DNA of 22,911 nt. Origin: a virus (lineage: Duplodnaviria > Heunggongvirae > Uroviricota > Caudoviricetes). Made by a program: the position numbers and the translations under genes. Positions 1 to 9,594 of this stretch are shown here, in pieces; positions within the stretch are counted from its first letter, which is position 1, and every line of letters begins with the position of its first letter. The stretch is from IMG/VR virus record IMGVR_UViG_2541047860_000001; one strand, given 5' to 3'. Below the pieces are notes generated by a model. It did no database searches. It was not told the origin of the DNA and saw only the letters and a list, made by a program, of their open reading frames with translations.

Positions 1-1250
1 ACAAGCTCTGTCGCCGTCTCCCAGCCGTTGTTCGGGTCAATCCAGTTCACCTCAACGGCATTATGGCGGTCCTTCAGGGCGCTGAAGCTGTAGCGGAACG
101 GCGCGCCATCATCCGGCATCACCACATTACTGCGGTTATAGGTCCACACCTTATCCGACGGTCGGTCCTGCACGAACGTCAGCGTCTGCCCGTTCCATAC
201 CGGCATACAGCGCATCGCCGAGCAGAAATCACTGAGCACATCCCACGCCTTACGCTGTGTGGTCAGCCAGGCATTACAGGTGATGCGCGGCTCCGTGCCG
301 CCAAAACCATTCGGTACCAACTGGTCGCAGTACTGGCCGATGACATACAGCGTCCATTTATCCACATCTGCTGCACCAAGACGTTTCCCCATGCCGTAGC
401 GCGGATGGGTCAGCATATCCCACAGACACCAGGCCATGTTGTTGCTGTATGCTGGCTTAAACGTTCCATCCCAGATACCGCTGTATTGCCGCGTCTGCGG
501 GTTATAGTTCGACGGCACCTGCAGAATGCGCCCGCGCAGATGATAATTACGGCTCACCTGCTGGCTGCCGAACTGCTCCGAGTCCACCTGCACGCCGACC
601 AGTGCCGTGTTCGGGTAGCACTGTTTCACATCGATGATTTCGGTGTATGACGACCAGAGCGTTTTGTTCTGCAGCTGGTCTGTGGTGCTGTCCGGCGTCA
701 TCCTGCGCATCCGGATATTAAACGGGCGCGGCGGCAGGTTATCCACCACCACCGAGGCCAGATACTGTGAAGTGGTTTTACCCTTAATGGTGATGTCTTT
801 TTCCGTCACCCAGCCACCGTTACGTTGTATCTGAACCAGCAGGCGGACTTCCGATGGATTCCTGTCCCCCTTTGAGGTGGTTTCCACCAGTGCCTGCACG
901 CCGAAAGTAAAACGCAGACGGTCAATGTTTGCCGACGTGATGGTCCGGGTGATCGGCGTGTCATATTTCACTTCTGTACCGAGCACCGTCTCGGAGCCGG
1001 AGGATTCAAATCCCTCCGGCGGTGTCTGCTCCTGCTCACCGGCCCGGAACACCACCGTGACGCCGGATATATTGGTATTCCCCTCACTGTCCAGCACCGG
1101 CGTACTGTTCAGCAGCACGCTTTTTAATCCATCCACCGGACCTTCAACCGGCCCTTCGCTGATGGCATCGATCACACTCAGCAGTTGCGTGGACTTCAGG
1201 TTGTCCTTCGCTTCGCGCGGGGTATGCCCCTTACTGCTGCCTTTACCCAT
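1..1250 (-). CDS. J: Tail tip / host-specificity protein J, N-terminal ~416 codons; gene continues beyond the window start
   Basis: Seen: minus-strand ATG at 1250-1248 preceded by GAGGA; translation begins MGKGSSKGHTPREAKDN, as in lambda J. The plus-strand ORF 63-650 is its antisense. Confidence 0.9.
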   Translation of the reverse strand, partial: MGKGSSKGHTPREAKDNLKSTQLLSVIDAISEGPVEGPVDGLKSVLLNSTPVLDSEGNTNISGVTVVFRAGEQEQTPPEGFESSGSETVLGTEVKYDTPITRTITSANIDRLRFTFGVQALVETTSKGDRNPSEVRLLVQIQRNGGWVTEKDITIKGKTTSQYLASVVVDNLPPRPFNIRMRRMTPDSTTDQLQNKTLWSSYTEIIDVKQCYPNTALVGVQVDSEQFGSQQVSRNYHLRGRILQVPSNYNPQTRQYSGIWDGTFKPAYSNNMAWCLWDMLTHPRYGMGKRLGAADVDKWTLYVIGQYCDQLVPNGFGGTEPRITCNAWLTTQRKAWDVLSDFCSAMRCMPVWNGQTLTFVQDRPSDKVWTYNRSNVVMPDDGAPFRYSFSALKDRHNAVEVNWIDPNNGWETATEL

Positions 1251-1310
1251 TCCTCACGCTCCATAAACGACAAAACCGCCCGTAGGCGGTTTCACATAAA
1301 ACATTTTGCA

Positions 1311-1982
1311 TCAGCGACCAATCACCACAACCTGACCACCGTCCCCTTCGTCTGCCGTGCTGATCTCCTGAGAAACCACGCGTGACCCCACGCGCATTCC
1401 CCCGTACAGAACAGGCAGAACATTGCCCTGGGCAACCATGTTATCCAGTGAGGAGAAATAGGTGTTCTGCTTACCGTTATCCGTTGTCTGTGTACGGGGA
1501 GTTCTGGCTTTCGGTGCCAGCATCTGCGCCACACCACCGAGCACCATACTGGCACCGAGAGAAAACAGGATGCCGGTCATACCACCGGCCCCAATGGCTG
1601 CCCCCCATGCTGCAAGGGTGGCTCCGGCGGTAAAGAATGATCCGGCAATGGCGGCAGCCCCCAGGACAATCTGGAATACGCCACCTGACTTGGCCCCGGC
1701 GACTCTGGGAACAATATGAATCACAGCGCCATCAGGCAGAGTCTCATGTAACTGCGCCGTTAACCCGGACGTGCTGACGTCCCGCCCGGCAATCCGTACC
1801 TGATACCAGCCGTCGCTCAGTTTCTGACGAAACGCCGGGAGCTGTGTGGCCAGTGCCCGGATGGCTTCAGCCCCCGTTTTCACACGAAGGTCGATGCGGC
1901 GACCAAATCGTTGTAAATCCCCGTAAAGGCAGATGCGCGCCATGCCCGGTGACGCCAGAGGGAGTGTGTGCGTCGCTGCCAT
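1311..1982 (-). CDS. I: Tail assembly protein I (223 aa)
   Basis: ORF track 223 aa, MAATHTLPLASPGMARICLYGDL..., same length and N-terminus as lambda I; 60-nt gap to J and 103-nt overlap with K as in lambda. Confidence 0.92.
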   Translation of the reverse strand: MAATHTLPLASPGMARICLYGDLQRFGRRIDLRVKTGAEAIRALATQLPAFRQKLSDGWYQVRIAGRDVSTSGLTAQLHETLPDGAVIHIVPRVAGAKSGGVFQIVLGAAAIAGSFFTAGATLAAWGAAIGAGGMTGILFSLGASMVLGGVAQMLAPKARTPRTQTTDNGKQNTYFSSLDNMVAQGNVLPVLYGGMRVGSRVVSQEISTADEGDGGQVVVIGR

Positions 1983-2623
1983 TTGTCGGTGTACCTCTCT
2001 CGTTTACTCAGTTGTTCAGGAATATGGTGCAGCAGCTCGCCGTCGCCGCAGTAAATTGCGGCGTGATTCGGCACCGATGAACCAAAACAGCACAGCAGAA
2101 CATCGCCCGGCAGTGCCGCTGACAACGGCACCTGATACAGCCCTGTGGCCTCCAGATTATCCAGATAGAGATTCTGACCGTGACGCCACCAGTCATCCCC
2201 GCGATGAAAATCCGGCATCTCAATCCCCGCCAGATGATAAGCATCCCGGAACAGTGTGTAACAGTCCGTCACACCGTGCTCAAAGCGCCGCCCGGTGAGA
2301 TGCGGCACACAGCGGAACTTATGAATCGTCCCCCGGCAGACCAGCCACCACGGCAAATCACTCTGCACCTGCAGCCGCCGGTCGGCCTCACTCAGCCAGG
2401 GCAGACCACCGGGGTGGCTGTGGACCAGCGCCACAATCTCACCCTGCATTTCTGCCTGCAGCCAGTCCTCCGGAGCCATCCGGAAATAATCCTCCGGCTC
2501 ACCGGAAATATTCACGCAGGGAAAATATCTTTCCCCCTCCGGCGCTCTCACCACGAAGCCGCACGACTCCGCTGGCGCACATCGCCGGGCGTGCGCCAGA
2601 ATCGCTGATTCTGTCTCTGTCAT
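1880..2623 (-). CDS. K: Tail tip assembly protein K (MPN/JAMM + NlpC/P60-like); start at MTETES gives 247 aa, while the lambda K I recall is 199 aa from a downstream Met
   Basis: Seen: ORF continues MTETESAILAHARRCAPAESCGFVV; HSHPGGLPWLSEAD resembles the JAMM H-x-H...S-x-x-D motif; a downstream Cys/His pair fits NlpC/P60. The ATG at 2623 lies 5 nt after the L stop. Start choice is uncertain. Confidence 0.85.
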   Translation of the reverse strand: MTETESAILAHARRCAPAESCGFVVRAPEGERYFPCVNISGEPEDYFRMAPEDWLQAEMQGEIVALVHSHPGGLPWLSEADRRLQVQSDLPWWLVCRGTIHKFRCVPHLTGRRFEHGVTDCYTLFRDAYHLAGIEMPDFHRGDDWWRHGQNLYLDNLEATGLYQVPLSAALPGDVLLCCFGSSVPNHAAIYCGDGELLHHIPEQLSKRERYTDKWQRRTHSLWRHRAWRASAFTGIYNDLVAASTFV

Positions 2624-2627
2624 GGGA

Positions 2628-3326
2628 TTACTGCGAAAGTTTGTTAATGGAAAGGAAGCCGCCAAAGTTGCCGACGTTATTGCGAAACTTACAGCCGCTC
2701 AGGCATTTGCTGCATTTATCCTTCGTGATATCGGACGTCGGCTGGTCATATTCATCCGCGACTGCCGGACCGTGATAACCGCACTCATCACCGCGATAGG
2801 TCCAGGTGCAGGTGTTGGCCAGCATGATACGTCCCGGAAAAACAGCGCCATCCGTTTCCGTCGGCGTGGACAGTACAAAGGAGGCACTCACCGCGCTCAG
2901 TTCGCTGCACTGCTCGATGCGCCAGCGGCTGATCACCTCCTGCTCCGGATCGGCGTCACTGTTTCCGTTGACGAAGTTCACCGCATCCAGAAAACGGGCG
3001 TAAACCTTACGCCGGACCACCGTTCCGCCGACCAGACTCTGCAGATCTTCCGCCATCCCGGTGACCATACCGTACAGGTTAGAAACCGTCAGCGTGGGGC
3101 GCGTACTGGTGCCTTTGCCATTCAGTTCAAAACCACTCCCCTGAATGGGATACGGCTGATACTGTCGCCCCTGCCAGGTGACCGGCTCACCTTTTTCGTT
3201 CTGCTCATTACAGAAAAAATAACGTTCTCCACCGACCTCTGTCAGATCGATTTCCCAGAGCACCACGCTGGCCGACTGCTCCGCACGGGTGCATTCATTC
3301 AGTGTTTCCTGCCGGATATCCTGCAT
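2628..3326 (-). CDS. L: Minor tail protein L (232 aa)
   Basis: 232 aa as in lambda L; MQDIRQETLNECTRAEQSASVVLWEIDLTEVGGERYFFCNEQNEKGE...; adjoins M at 3326. Confidence 0.92.
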   Translation of the reverse strand: MQDIRQETLNECTRAEQSASVVLWEIDLTEVGGERYFFCNEQNEKGEPVTWQGRQYQPYPIQGSGFELNGKGTSTRPTLTVSNLYGMVTGMAEDLQSLVGGTVVRRKVYARFLDAVNFVNGNSDADPEQEVISRWRIEQCSELSAVSASFVLSTPTETDGAVFPGRIMLANTCTWTYRGDECGYHGPAVADEYDQPTSDITKDKCSKCLSGCKFRNNVGNFGGFLSINKLSQ

Positions 3327-3655
3327 CAGTTCACCACCTGTTCAAACTCTGCGCTGAACTCAACACGCAGCATACTGACCCGCGACGACCATTTTGCGCA
3401 GGTCACCTTTATCTGCCGCCACTCATAAGGCGGCGTCCACAGAAAGGACTTCCAGCCCCCGTGCTCAGCCAGAAACGACTCAAGCGCCGTGGCCTCCCAA
3501 CGGGGAACAGAAAGCGTCACGCTGTACGTTTTCAGGTCGGCATTCAGCCCGGCAGGCGCTCGCTGGGAATAGCCATCACCAAAGCGCACCTTTCTTACGG
3601 AAGGGGCCGAAGCCACATCCATACCGGGTTTCACTTTCCAGCGGAAGGTTTTCAT
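3326..3655 (-). CDS. M: Minor tail protein M (109 aa)
   Basis: 109 aa, MKTFRWKVKPGMDVASAPSVRKVRFGDGYSQRA..., same length and position as lambda M; overlaps the H stop. Confidence 0.92.
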   Translation of the reverse strand: MKTFRWKVKPGMDVASAPSVRKVRFGDGYSQRAPAGLNADLKTYSVTLSVPRWEATALESFLAEHGGWKSFLWTPPYEWRQIKVTCAKWSSRVSMLRVEFSAEFEQVVN

Positions 3656-6213
3656 CGTCCACCTCCGGAGAACAGACCACCATCGCGCATCTGTGTCTGA
3701 ATTTCATCACGGGCACCCTTGCGGGCCATGTCATACACTGCCTTCATCATCTGTGGACCTGGCAGACCATTCGTACCGTCGTTCTGAATCACCACGTGAT
3801 TGTTCTGATTAAAATTAATGCCTTCAGCCCGCCGCATCTGCGCCGGACTTCCGGCACCGCCCACATAACCACCTTCCGCATAGCCCCGCATCAGGCGGTA
3901 CAGGTTGCCGACACCAATCCGGCTGGTTGCCTCCTTCGTGAAGACAAATTCACCACGGTGAACAATCCCCGCTGGCTCATATTTGCCGCCGGTTCCCGTA
4001 AATCCTCCGGTTGCAAAATGGAATTTCGCCGCAGCGGCCTGAATGGCTGTACCGCCTGACGCGGATGCGCCGCCACCAACAGCCCCGCCAATGGCGCTGC
4101 CGATACTCCCGACAATCCCCACCATTGCCTGCTTAAGCAGAATTTCTGTCATCATGGACAGCACGGAACGGGTGAAGCTGCGCCAGTTCTGCTCACTGCC
4201 GGTCAGCATCGCCGCCATATTCTGTGCAATACCATCAAAGGTCTGCGTGGCTGCACTTTTTACCTGCGACATACTGTCCGTGGCGCTCTCTTCCCACTCA
4301 CTCCAGCCGGACTTCAGGCCTGCCATCCAGCTCCCGCGAAGCTGGTCTTCAGCCGCCCAGGTCTTTTTCTGCTCTGACATGACGTTATTCAGCGCCAGCG
4401 GATTATCGCCATACTGTTCCTTCAGGCGCTGTTCCGTGGCTTCCCGTTCTGCCTGCCGGTCAGTCAGCCCCCGGCTTTTCGCATCAATGGCGGCCCGTTT
4501 TGCCCGTTGCTGCTGTGCGAATTTATCCGCCTGCTGCGCCAGCGCGTTCAGGCGCTCCTGATACGTAACCTTGTCGCCAAGTGCAGCCAGCTGGCGTTTG
4601 TACTCCAGCGTCTCATCTTTATGCGTCAGCAGGGATTTCTCCTGTGCAGACAGCTGGCGACGTTGCGCCGCCTCCTCCAGTACCGCGAACTGACTCTCCG
4701 CCTTCCACAAATCCCGGCGCTGCTGGCTGATTTTCTCATTCGCTCCGGCATGCTTCTCCAGCGTCCGGAGTTCTGCCTGAAGCGTCAGCAGGGCAGCATG
4801 AGCACTGTCTTCCTGACGATCGCCCGCAGACACCTTCACGCCGGACTGTTTCGGCTTTTTCAGCGTCGCTTCATAATCCTTTTTCGCCGCCGCCATCAGC
4901 GTGTTGTAATCCGCCTGCAGGATTTTCCCGTCTTTCAGTGCCTTGTTCAGTTCTTCCTGACGGGCGGTATATTTCTCCAGCGGCGTCTGCAGCCGTTCGT
5001 AAGCCTTCTGCGCCTCTTCGGTATATTTCAGCCGTGACGCTTCGGTATCGCTCTGCTGCTGCGCATTTTTGTCCTGTTGAGTCTGCTGCTCAGCCTTCTT
5101 TCGGGCGGCTTCAAGCGCAAGACGGGCCTTTTCACGATCATCCCAGTAACGCGCCCGCGCTTCATCGTTAACAAAATAATCATCCTTGCGCAGATTCCAG
5201 ATGTCGTCTGCTTTCTTAAACGCAGCCTCTGCCTTAATCAGCATCTCCTGCGCGGTATCAGGACGACCAATATCCAGCACCGCATCCCACATGGATTTGA
5301 ATGCCCGCGCTGTCCTGTCTGCCCAGGTCTCCAGCGTGCCCATGTTCTCTTTCAGCCGGCGGGTCTGGTCATCAAACCCTTTCGTTGCGGCCTCGTTCGC
5401 CGCCTGCAATGCCCCGGCCTCATCGCCGGAACGCTGCAACTGAGCAACATACGCAATCTGCTCCGCCGTCACGTTATGGAACTGGCGTGCCATCGCTGTC
5501 AGCCCTGACGTCGGGTCTGTGGTCAGCTTCCCGAAGGCTTCAGCGACCTTGTCCATCTCCACGCCGGATGCAGAGGAGAAACGCGCCACACTCTGGCTGA
5601 TGGACGCAATCTGAGCCTCACCGCTTACCCCCGCCTTAACCAGTGCGCTGAGTGACTCGCTGGTCTGGTTAAACGTCAGCCCTGCCGCCTGCCCGGCTCT
5701 GGACAGGACCAGCATACGATCTGCCGTCAGTCCCGCCTGATTGCCGGAAAGGACCAGCGTTTTGTTGAAATCGGACAGGGTTGAGTTGCCCTGATACCAG
5801 GCATACGCCAGCGCACCGGTCGCCACCGCCAGCGAGGTGGCCCCCACCATCGGCAGGGTGATCGCACCGGCAAGCCCCCTGAACATGGGGATCATCCCGC
5901 CGAAGGAGTCCTTAACCTGACCACCCTGTTGCAGCAGGATCAGCCACGGACTTTGCCCGCCTGCAAGCTGCGTGGCCACGTCGGTGAACTGTGCAGGCAG
6001 CATACGCATGGCGGTTTTATACTGCCCGACGGAAATCCCCGCTTTCTGTGCAGCCAGCGCCTGTCGGCTCAGCGACTGTTCAACGACTGCCGCTGTTTTT
6101 TTCGCATCACTTTCCGTACCGGAAAAATGACGCCTGACTCTGGCCATCTGCTCGTCAAATCTGGCCGCATCCAGACTCAAATCAACGACCAGATCGCCTA
6201 CCGGTTCAGCCAT
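3652..6213 (-). CDS. H: Tail tape measure protein H (853 aa)
   Basis: 853 aa, identical in length to lambda H; coiled-coil-rich centre (ERLNALAQQADKFAQQQRAKRAA...) and Gly-rich C-terminal region. Confidence 0.93.
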   Translation of the reverse strand: MAEPVGDLVVDLSLDAARFDEQMARVRRHFSGTESDAKKTAAVVEQSLSRQALAAQKAGISVGQYKTAMRMLPAQFTDVATQLAGGQSPWLILLQQGGQVKDSFGGMIPMFRGLAGAITLPMVGATSLAVATGALAYAWYQGNSTLSDFNKTLVLSGNQAGLTADRMLVLSRAGQAAGLTFNQTSESLSALVKAGVSGEAQIASISQSVARFSSASGVEMDKVAEAFGKLTTDPTSGLTAMARQFHNVTAEQIAYVAQLQRSGDEAGALQAANEAATKGFDDQTRRLKENMGTLETWADRTARAFKSMWDAVLDIGRPDTAQEMLIKAEAAFKKADDIWNLRKDDYFVNDEARARYWDDREKARLALEAARKKAEQQTQQDKNAQQQSDTEASRLKYTEEAQKAYERLQTPLEKYTARQEELNKALKDGKILQADYNTLMAAAKKDYEATLKKPKQSGVKVSAGDRQEDSAHAALLTLQAELRTLEKHAGANEKISQQRRDLWKAESQFAVLEEAAQRRQLSAQEKSLLTHKDETLEYKRQLAALGDKVTYQERLNALAQQADKFAQQQRAKRAAIDAKSRGLTDRQAEREATEQRLKEQYGDNPLALNNVMSEQKKTWAAEDQLRGSWMAGLKSGWSEWEESATDSMSQVKSAATQTFDGIAQNMAAMLTGSEQNWRSFTRSVLSMMTEILLKQAMVGIVGSIGSAIGGAVGGGASASGGTAIQAAAAKFHFATGGFTGTGGKYEPAGIVHRGEFVFTKEATSRIGVGNLYRLMRGYAEGGYVGGAGSPAQMRRAEGINFNQNNHVVIQNDGTNGLPGPQMMKAVYDMARKGARDEIQTQMRDGGLFSGGGR

Positions 6214-6640
6214 ACCGGACTCCTCCTGCGATCCCTTCTGATACTGTCATCAGCATTACGTCATCCTCCGTCATGTCCGCCACATCCGGGGAAGCGGGGA
6301 TAACTTCATTCCCGTCCGGGCCAAAACGAACGCCTCCGGCAAGCCCTGCCGCTTTCTGCATCAGCACATCATCTTCAGGCTCTTCGTCAGCCTCGCGCCG
6401 GTTCAGCAGACTGAAATCCAGCGGATGCATCTCCGGATCGCTGAAAAACAGGCTGAGCACGGTGTACGTCAGCCCGGAAAAGTGCATATCCAGCAGAACA
6501 TCATGAAAATAATGGGTACTGTAAAAGCGGTGCCAGTCGGCATACTCCGTGGATGACATCCCGGCAAGCATGGCGCGCCAGTCGGGTCGCCCCATCTCAC
6601 GCGCCAGTTTCAGGGCAAAACTCAGCTCACCGTCGAACAC
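6206..6640 (-). CDS. T: T reading frame of the tail assembly chaperone; expressed as the G-T fusion by -1 programmed frameshift, not from its own start
   Basis: Seen: 144-codon frame overlapping the 3' end of G, with the slippery heptamer GGGAAAG at the junction. Established: lambda gpG/gpGT frameshift. Confidence 0.85.
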   Translation of the reverse strand: MFDGELSFALKLAREMGRPDWRAMLAGMSSTEYADWHRFYSTHYFHDVLLDMHFSGLTYTVLSLFFSDPEMHPLDFSLLNRREADEEPEDDVLMQKAAGLAGGVRFGPDGNEVIPASPDVADMTEDDVMLMTVSEGIAGGVRYG

Positions 6641-7044
6641 TTTCCCGCAGAAACAGGCTCTGCAGGCCCGGCGTCCTCTGCCTGTTCAGGAGCATCATTC
6701 ACCACAAACTCATACATACCGGACAGCCGGTACACCACGTTTTCAGCATGAGAAATTGCCTCTGTGGGCCAGGTGGTAAGCACTTCCTGCTCAATCTGTT
6801 TAACGGCTTCATTCATGGAAGGCAGCTTTGTCTTCTTCGGATGGTTATGCCACAGGGACATCGCCACCAGAAACGCGCCGGTTCTGATGGCGTCTTCCAC
6901 AGTAAACTTCCGGTTGCTGTCTGACTCCGCCTGTTCTGCCTGCCGTTTCATCAGGTCGAGATGCTCAATACGCTGCAGGGCTGACAGTTCAGAAAGCGTG
7001 ACGGTCACACCGTTATGTTCAAATGATTCGGTTTTCAGGAACAT
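6622..7044 (-). CDS. G: Tail assembly chaperone G (140 aa)
   Basis: 140 aa, MFLKTESFEHNGVTVTLSELSALQRIEHL..., matches lambda G. Confidence 0.92.
   Translation of the reverse strand: MFLKTESFEHNGVTVTLSELSALQRIEHLDLMKRQAEQAESDSNRKFTVEDAIRTGAFLVAMSLWHNHPKKTKLPSMNEAVKQIEQEVLTTWPTEAISHAENVVYRLSGMYEFVVNDAPEQAEDAGPAEPVSAGKCSTVS
6639..6645 (-). promoter_or_regulatory. -1 programmed ribosomal frameshift slippery site G GGA AAG (G to G-T)
   Basis: Seen: minus-strand GGGAAAG (plus-strand ctttccc) 5-6 codons before the G stop, exactly where the T frame opens. Confidence 0.8.
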
Positions 7045-7059
7045 CGCTGACTCTCCGGA

Positions 7060-7800
7060 TTAACTGGCGGTGACGTTGATTTCTGCAACCGCAGCAAACT
7101 CACCATTACCAGATACGACCGGAATGTTGACCTTGCCTGCAGCAACACCTTTCACGGTGATGGTCATACCACTGACCGACACGGTGGCTTTTGTTTTATC
7201 CGCAGACACCGCACGGAAGCTCTTGTCGGTTGCGCCATCCGGCTGGAATGCCACGGTCAGCGTGGTGCTCTGCCCTTTCACTACGGAAGCACTGGCGGGT
7301 GTCACCGTCATGCCGGTCGTCGCCGTCACCGTGCTGCGATCTTCTGCCATCGACGGACGTCCCACATTGGTGACCTTCACCGTGCGGGTAATCACTTCCT
7401 TCGCCGTCACCGCCTTACCGATACTGCTGACCCAGCCACGGAACACATCGACCGTGCCGTTCGGGAAGCGGATTTTATAGGCACGGGTATCACCTTCATT
7501 AAACCACGCCAGCAGCGCCTGCTGCCCCTGCTCTCCGGGCATCCACGCCAGCGTGAAGCTGGTATCTCCGGCAGATTTCTGCCCCTGTCCGGTCGCGGTC
7601 CAGTCCGCATCTTCATCATCGAGATAACTGTCGTCATAGGACTCAGCGGTCAGTTCGCCGGGCGTCAGGTCTTTAACCTTTGCCAGACGCGACCAGTCAT
7701 TGTCTGAAAGCGGGTTTGCATAAGGGTCGCCGCTCCCGTTATAAACCCACAGTGTGGTCCCGGCCCCTTTCACCGGTGCCAGAGGATTTGGTGTTGGCAT
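7060..7800 (-). CDS. V: Major tail tube protein V with C-terminal Ig-like domain (246 aa from [16 protein letters not shown])
   Basis: ORF track frame; internal ATG at 7800 gives the lambda gpV length. The C-terminal third ([25 protein letters not shown]...[25 protein letters not shown]) has Big_2-like character. Confidence 0.9.
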   Translation of the reverse strand: MPTPNPLAPVKGAGTTLWVYNGSGDPYANPLSDNDWSRLAKVKDLTPGELTAESYDDSYLDDEDADWTATGQGQKSAGDTSFTLAWMPGEQGQQALLAWFNEGDTRAYKIRFPNGTVDVFRGWVSSIGKAVTAKEVITRTVKVTNVGRPSMAEDRSTVTATTGMTVTPASASVVKGQSTTLTVAFQPDGATDKSFRAVSADKTKATVSVSGMTITVKGVAAGKVNIPVVSGNGEFAAVAEINVTAS

Positions 7801-7807
7801 ATCGTCC

Positions 7808-8203
7808 TCACATTTCATAGGTAATGACATAAGTCAGATCGGCTGAACTCCACAGGCCCGCATCATCGTCGCGCCGGTAGTCATAGCCACTGGCCACCAT
7901 ACTGGTGATCAAATCTGACAGTGCCGGGATATCGCTCATCACCGGATAAATCCGGGACTCCATCCACGAATCCAGCTCTGAATCCGGCACCTGAGCAGGC
8001 AGGAAAACTTCAATATGCAGCTCCGCCTGCCAGGTATCGCTGTCCAGCTCTTCGCCCGTGTATTCAGCGCCGGTGAGATAAACGGCAACTGCCGGAAAAT
8101 CTTCCTCATCAAAAACAGCGGGGCGACCATCAAAAAGCGTCGCCCCGGTGTCATGCTTCTCCAGTGCATCCAGTACGGCTGCACGGAGTTCAGTATGTTT
8201 CAT
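7808..8203 (-). CDS. U: Tail terminator protein U (131 aa)
   Basis: 131 aa, [36 protein letters not shown]..., matches lambda U. Confidence 0.92.
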   Translation of the reverse strand: MKHTELRAAVLDALEKHDTGATLFDGRPAVFDEEDFPAVAVYLTGAEYTGEELDSDTWQAELHIEVFLPAQVPDSELDSWMESRIYPVMSDIPALSDLITSMVASGYDYRRDDDAGLWSSADLTYVITYEM

Positions 8204-8778
8204 CGCTTTATTACCATTCTCAGTTGATGCTGCAGCGCATAGCCCAGCTCTTTCGGAAGACGCTCACGCCGTATCCGCTCAATATTCTGTTTAAACGCCG
8301 TGGTCAGCGGCACCGCCATCGGGATTTTCACCACATCAATGGGGTAACGGTTTTTCCCGGCCACACGCTGCATGACATGCCACCGGCCATTTTTCAGTTG
8401 CTGAATAAACGCGCCGGGAATACGACGGTTTCCCACCACAAGCACGCTGCCGCCACCTTTCAGGGATGAACGCTGCCCCTTTTTACGACGCCTGCGGCGG
8501 GACAGGACAACCCGCGCATTACCCAGCTTGATTACGGGCAAATCCCCCCGGTTAACCCTGATTCTGGCCTGCGGATTTTTGACCGTGGCCCTTTTCAGCC
8601 TGGCCCTTTCCTTTACCAGTTTCCGGCGTACCTTTGTCTCACGGGCAACCTGTGACGCAGACTGCGATATCGCGGATGACGCAACGCGGTTAATGGCCAT
8701 TGCGGCGGCACCAGGCACCGCCGTTTTGCTGATACGGCTGAGGTTTTCAACGGCCTGCTCAAGACCTTTTATGGCCAT
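8200..8778 (-). CDS. Z: Tail completion protein Z (192 aa)
   Basis: 192 aa, MAIKGLEQAVENLSRISKTAVPGAAAMAINRV..., matches lambda Z; 4-nt overlap with U. Confidence 0.92.
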   Translation of the reverse strand: MAIKGLEQAVENLSRISKTAVPGAAAMAINRVASSAISQSASQVARETKVRRKLVKERARLKRATVKNPQARIRVNRGDLPVIKLGNARVVLSRRRRRKKGQRSSLKGGGSVLVVGNRRIPGAFIQQLKNGRWHVMQRVAGKNRYPIDVVKIPMAVPLTTAFKQNIERIRRERLPKELGYALQHQLRMVIKR

Positions 8779-8789
8779 ACATCCCCCTT

Positions 8790-9143
8790 TCAGCGGCGAC
8801 GGTTAACGGCAGGCGGTACGCCCCGCCCAAGCCAGAGATGACAGCTTCCGCCATCATCCGGCGAAATCCGGTCTATCCAGAAGTTTTCCTCACCGATGGT
8901 CAGCGTGTCGCCGCGCCGCAGCTGCCGCACATCATCAGTCCGGACAAACAGGGACGGGCTGGAGCCTTCAACGCGCACGCCCTGTCCGGCATAGCTGATA
9001 TTTTCAGGGTCATCAAAAACACCACGTATCACCGCACCTGACTGCTCACCGGATGTCATGGTGGCTGACGTTCCCATGTACCCGCGTATCGTTTCATCGG
9101 CGCGGGCAATGGCAGCATCGAACAGGTTATCGAAATCAGCCAC
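8790..9143 (-). CDS. FII: Head-tail connector protein FII (117 aa)
   Basis: 117 aa, MADFDNLFDAAIARADETIRGYMGTSATMTSGEQSGAVIRGVFDDPENISYAGQGVRVEG..., matches lambda FII. Confidence 0.92.
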   Translation of the reverse strand: MADFDNLFDAAIARADETIRGYMGTSATMTSGEQSGAVIRGVFDDPENISYAGQGVRVEGSSPSLFVRTDDVRQLRRGDTLTIGEENFWIDRISPDDGGSCHLWLGRGVPPAVNRRR

Positions 9144-9154
9144 AGCGCCTCCCG

Positions 9155-9553
9155 TTATTGCATTCTGGCCAGGCCGCGCTCTGTCATTTCGGCTGCCACA
9201 CCGGCAGAGACACGAAACGCCGTTCCCGGCAGCACAAATGCCACAGGTTTATCCCGCGTGGCGTGAAGTGCATCAGTATGCAGCGTCACCAGTGCCACGA
9301 CCGTGACCAGTTCAGCCGTATCCTGAATCACGGTATCCGGCTGCGCTGATACCACCTCATTTTCATGCCCGGTCAGCACATTTTCCCGGCTGAGAGGGGT
9401 GTCCTGACCGGCAGTTTCATCCGTGTCATCAAGCTCTTCTTCCAGCTCTGCCACACGAAGCGCCAGTTCTTCTTTCGTTCCCGTCAAACTGACATCACGG
9501 TTCAGTTGTTCACCCAGCGAGCGGAGACGGGCAATCAGTTCATCTTTCGTCAT
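9155..9553 (-). CDS. FI: DNA packaging protein FI (132 aa from MTKDELIARLRSLGEQL)
   Basis: Internal ATG at 9553 preceded by GGAGGAG; length and sequence as lambda FI. The track ORF starting at 9592 is an upstream in-frame extension. Confidence 0.88.
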   Translation of the reverse strand: MTKDELIARLRSLGEQLNRDVSLTGTKEELALRVAELEEELDDTDETAGQDTPLSRENVLTGHENEVVSAQPDTVIQDTAELVTVVALVTLHTDALHATRDKPVAFVLPGTAFRVSAGVAAEMTERGLARMQ

Positions 9554-9594
9554 GGACTCCTCCACAGAGAAACAATGGCCCCGAAGGGCCATGA

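Noticed and set aside
63-650. 195-aa plus-strand ORF at the window start
   Set aside because: Antisense to the J coding sequence, whose minus-strand translation matches lambda J; GC-rich antisense frames commonly stay open; no RBS.
2622-3428. 268-aa plus-strand ORF
   Set aside because: Lies entirely antisense to L and M, which are full-length lambda matches; Arg/Leu/Thr-rich composition typical of a spurious GC-rich frame.
4043-5600. Several plus-strand ORFs of 77-176 aa inside the tape measure gene
   Set aside because: All antisense to the 853-aa H ORF; highly biased Leu/Arg/Cys-rich translations with no recognisable domain.
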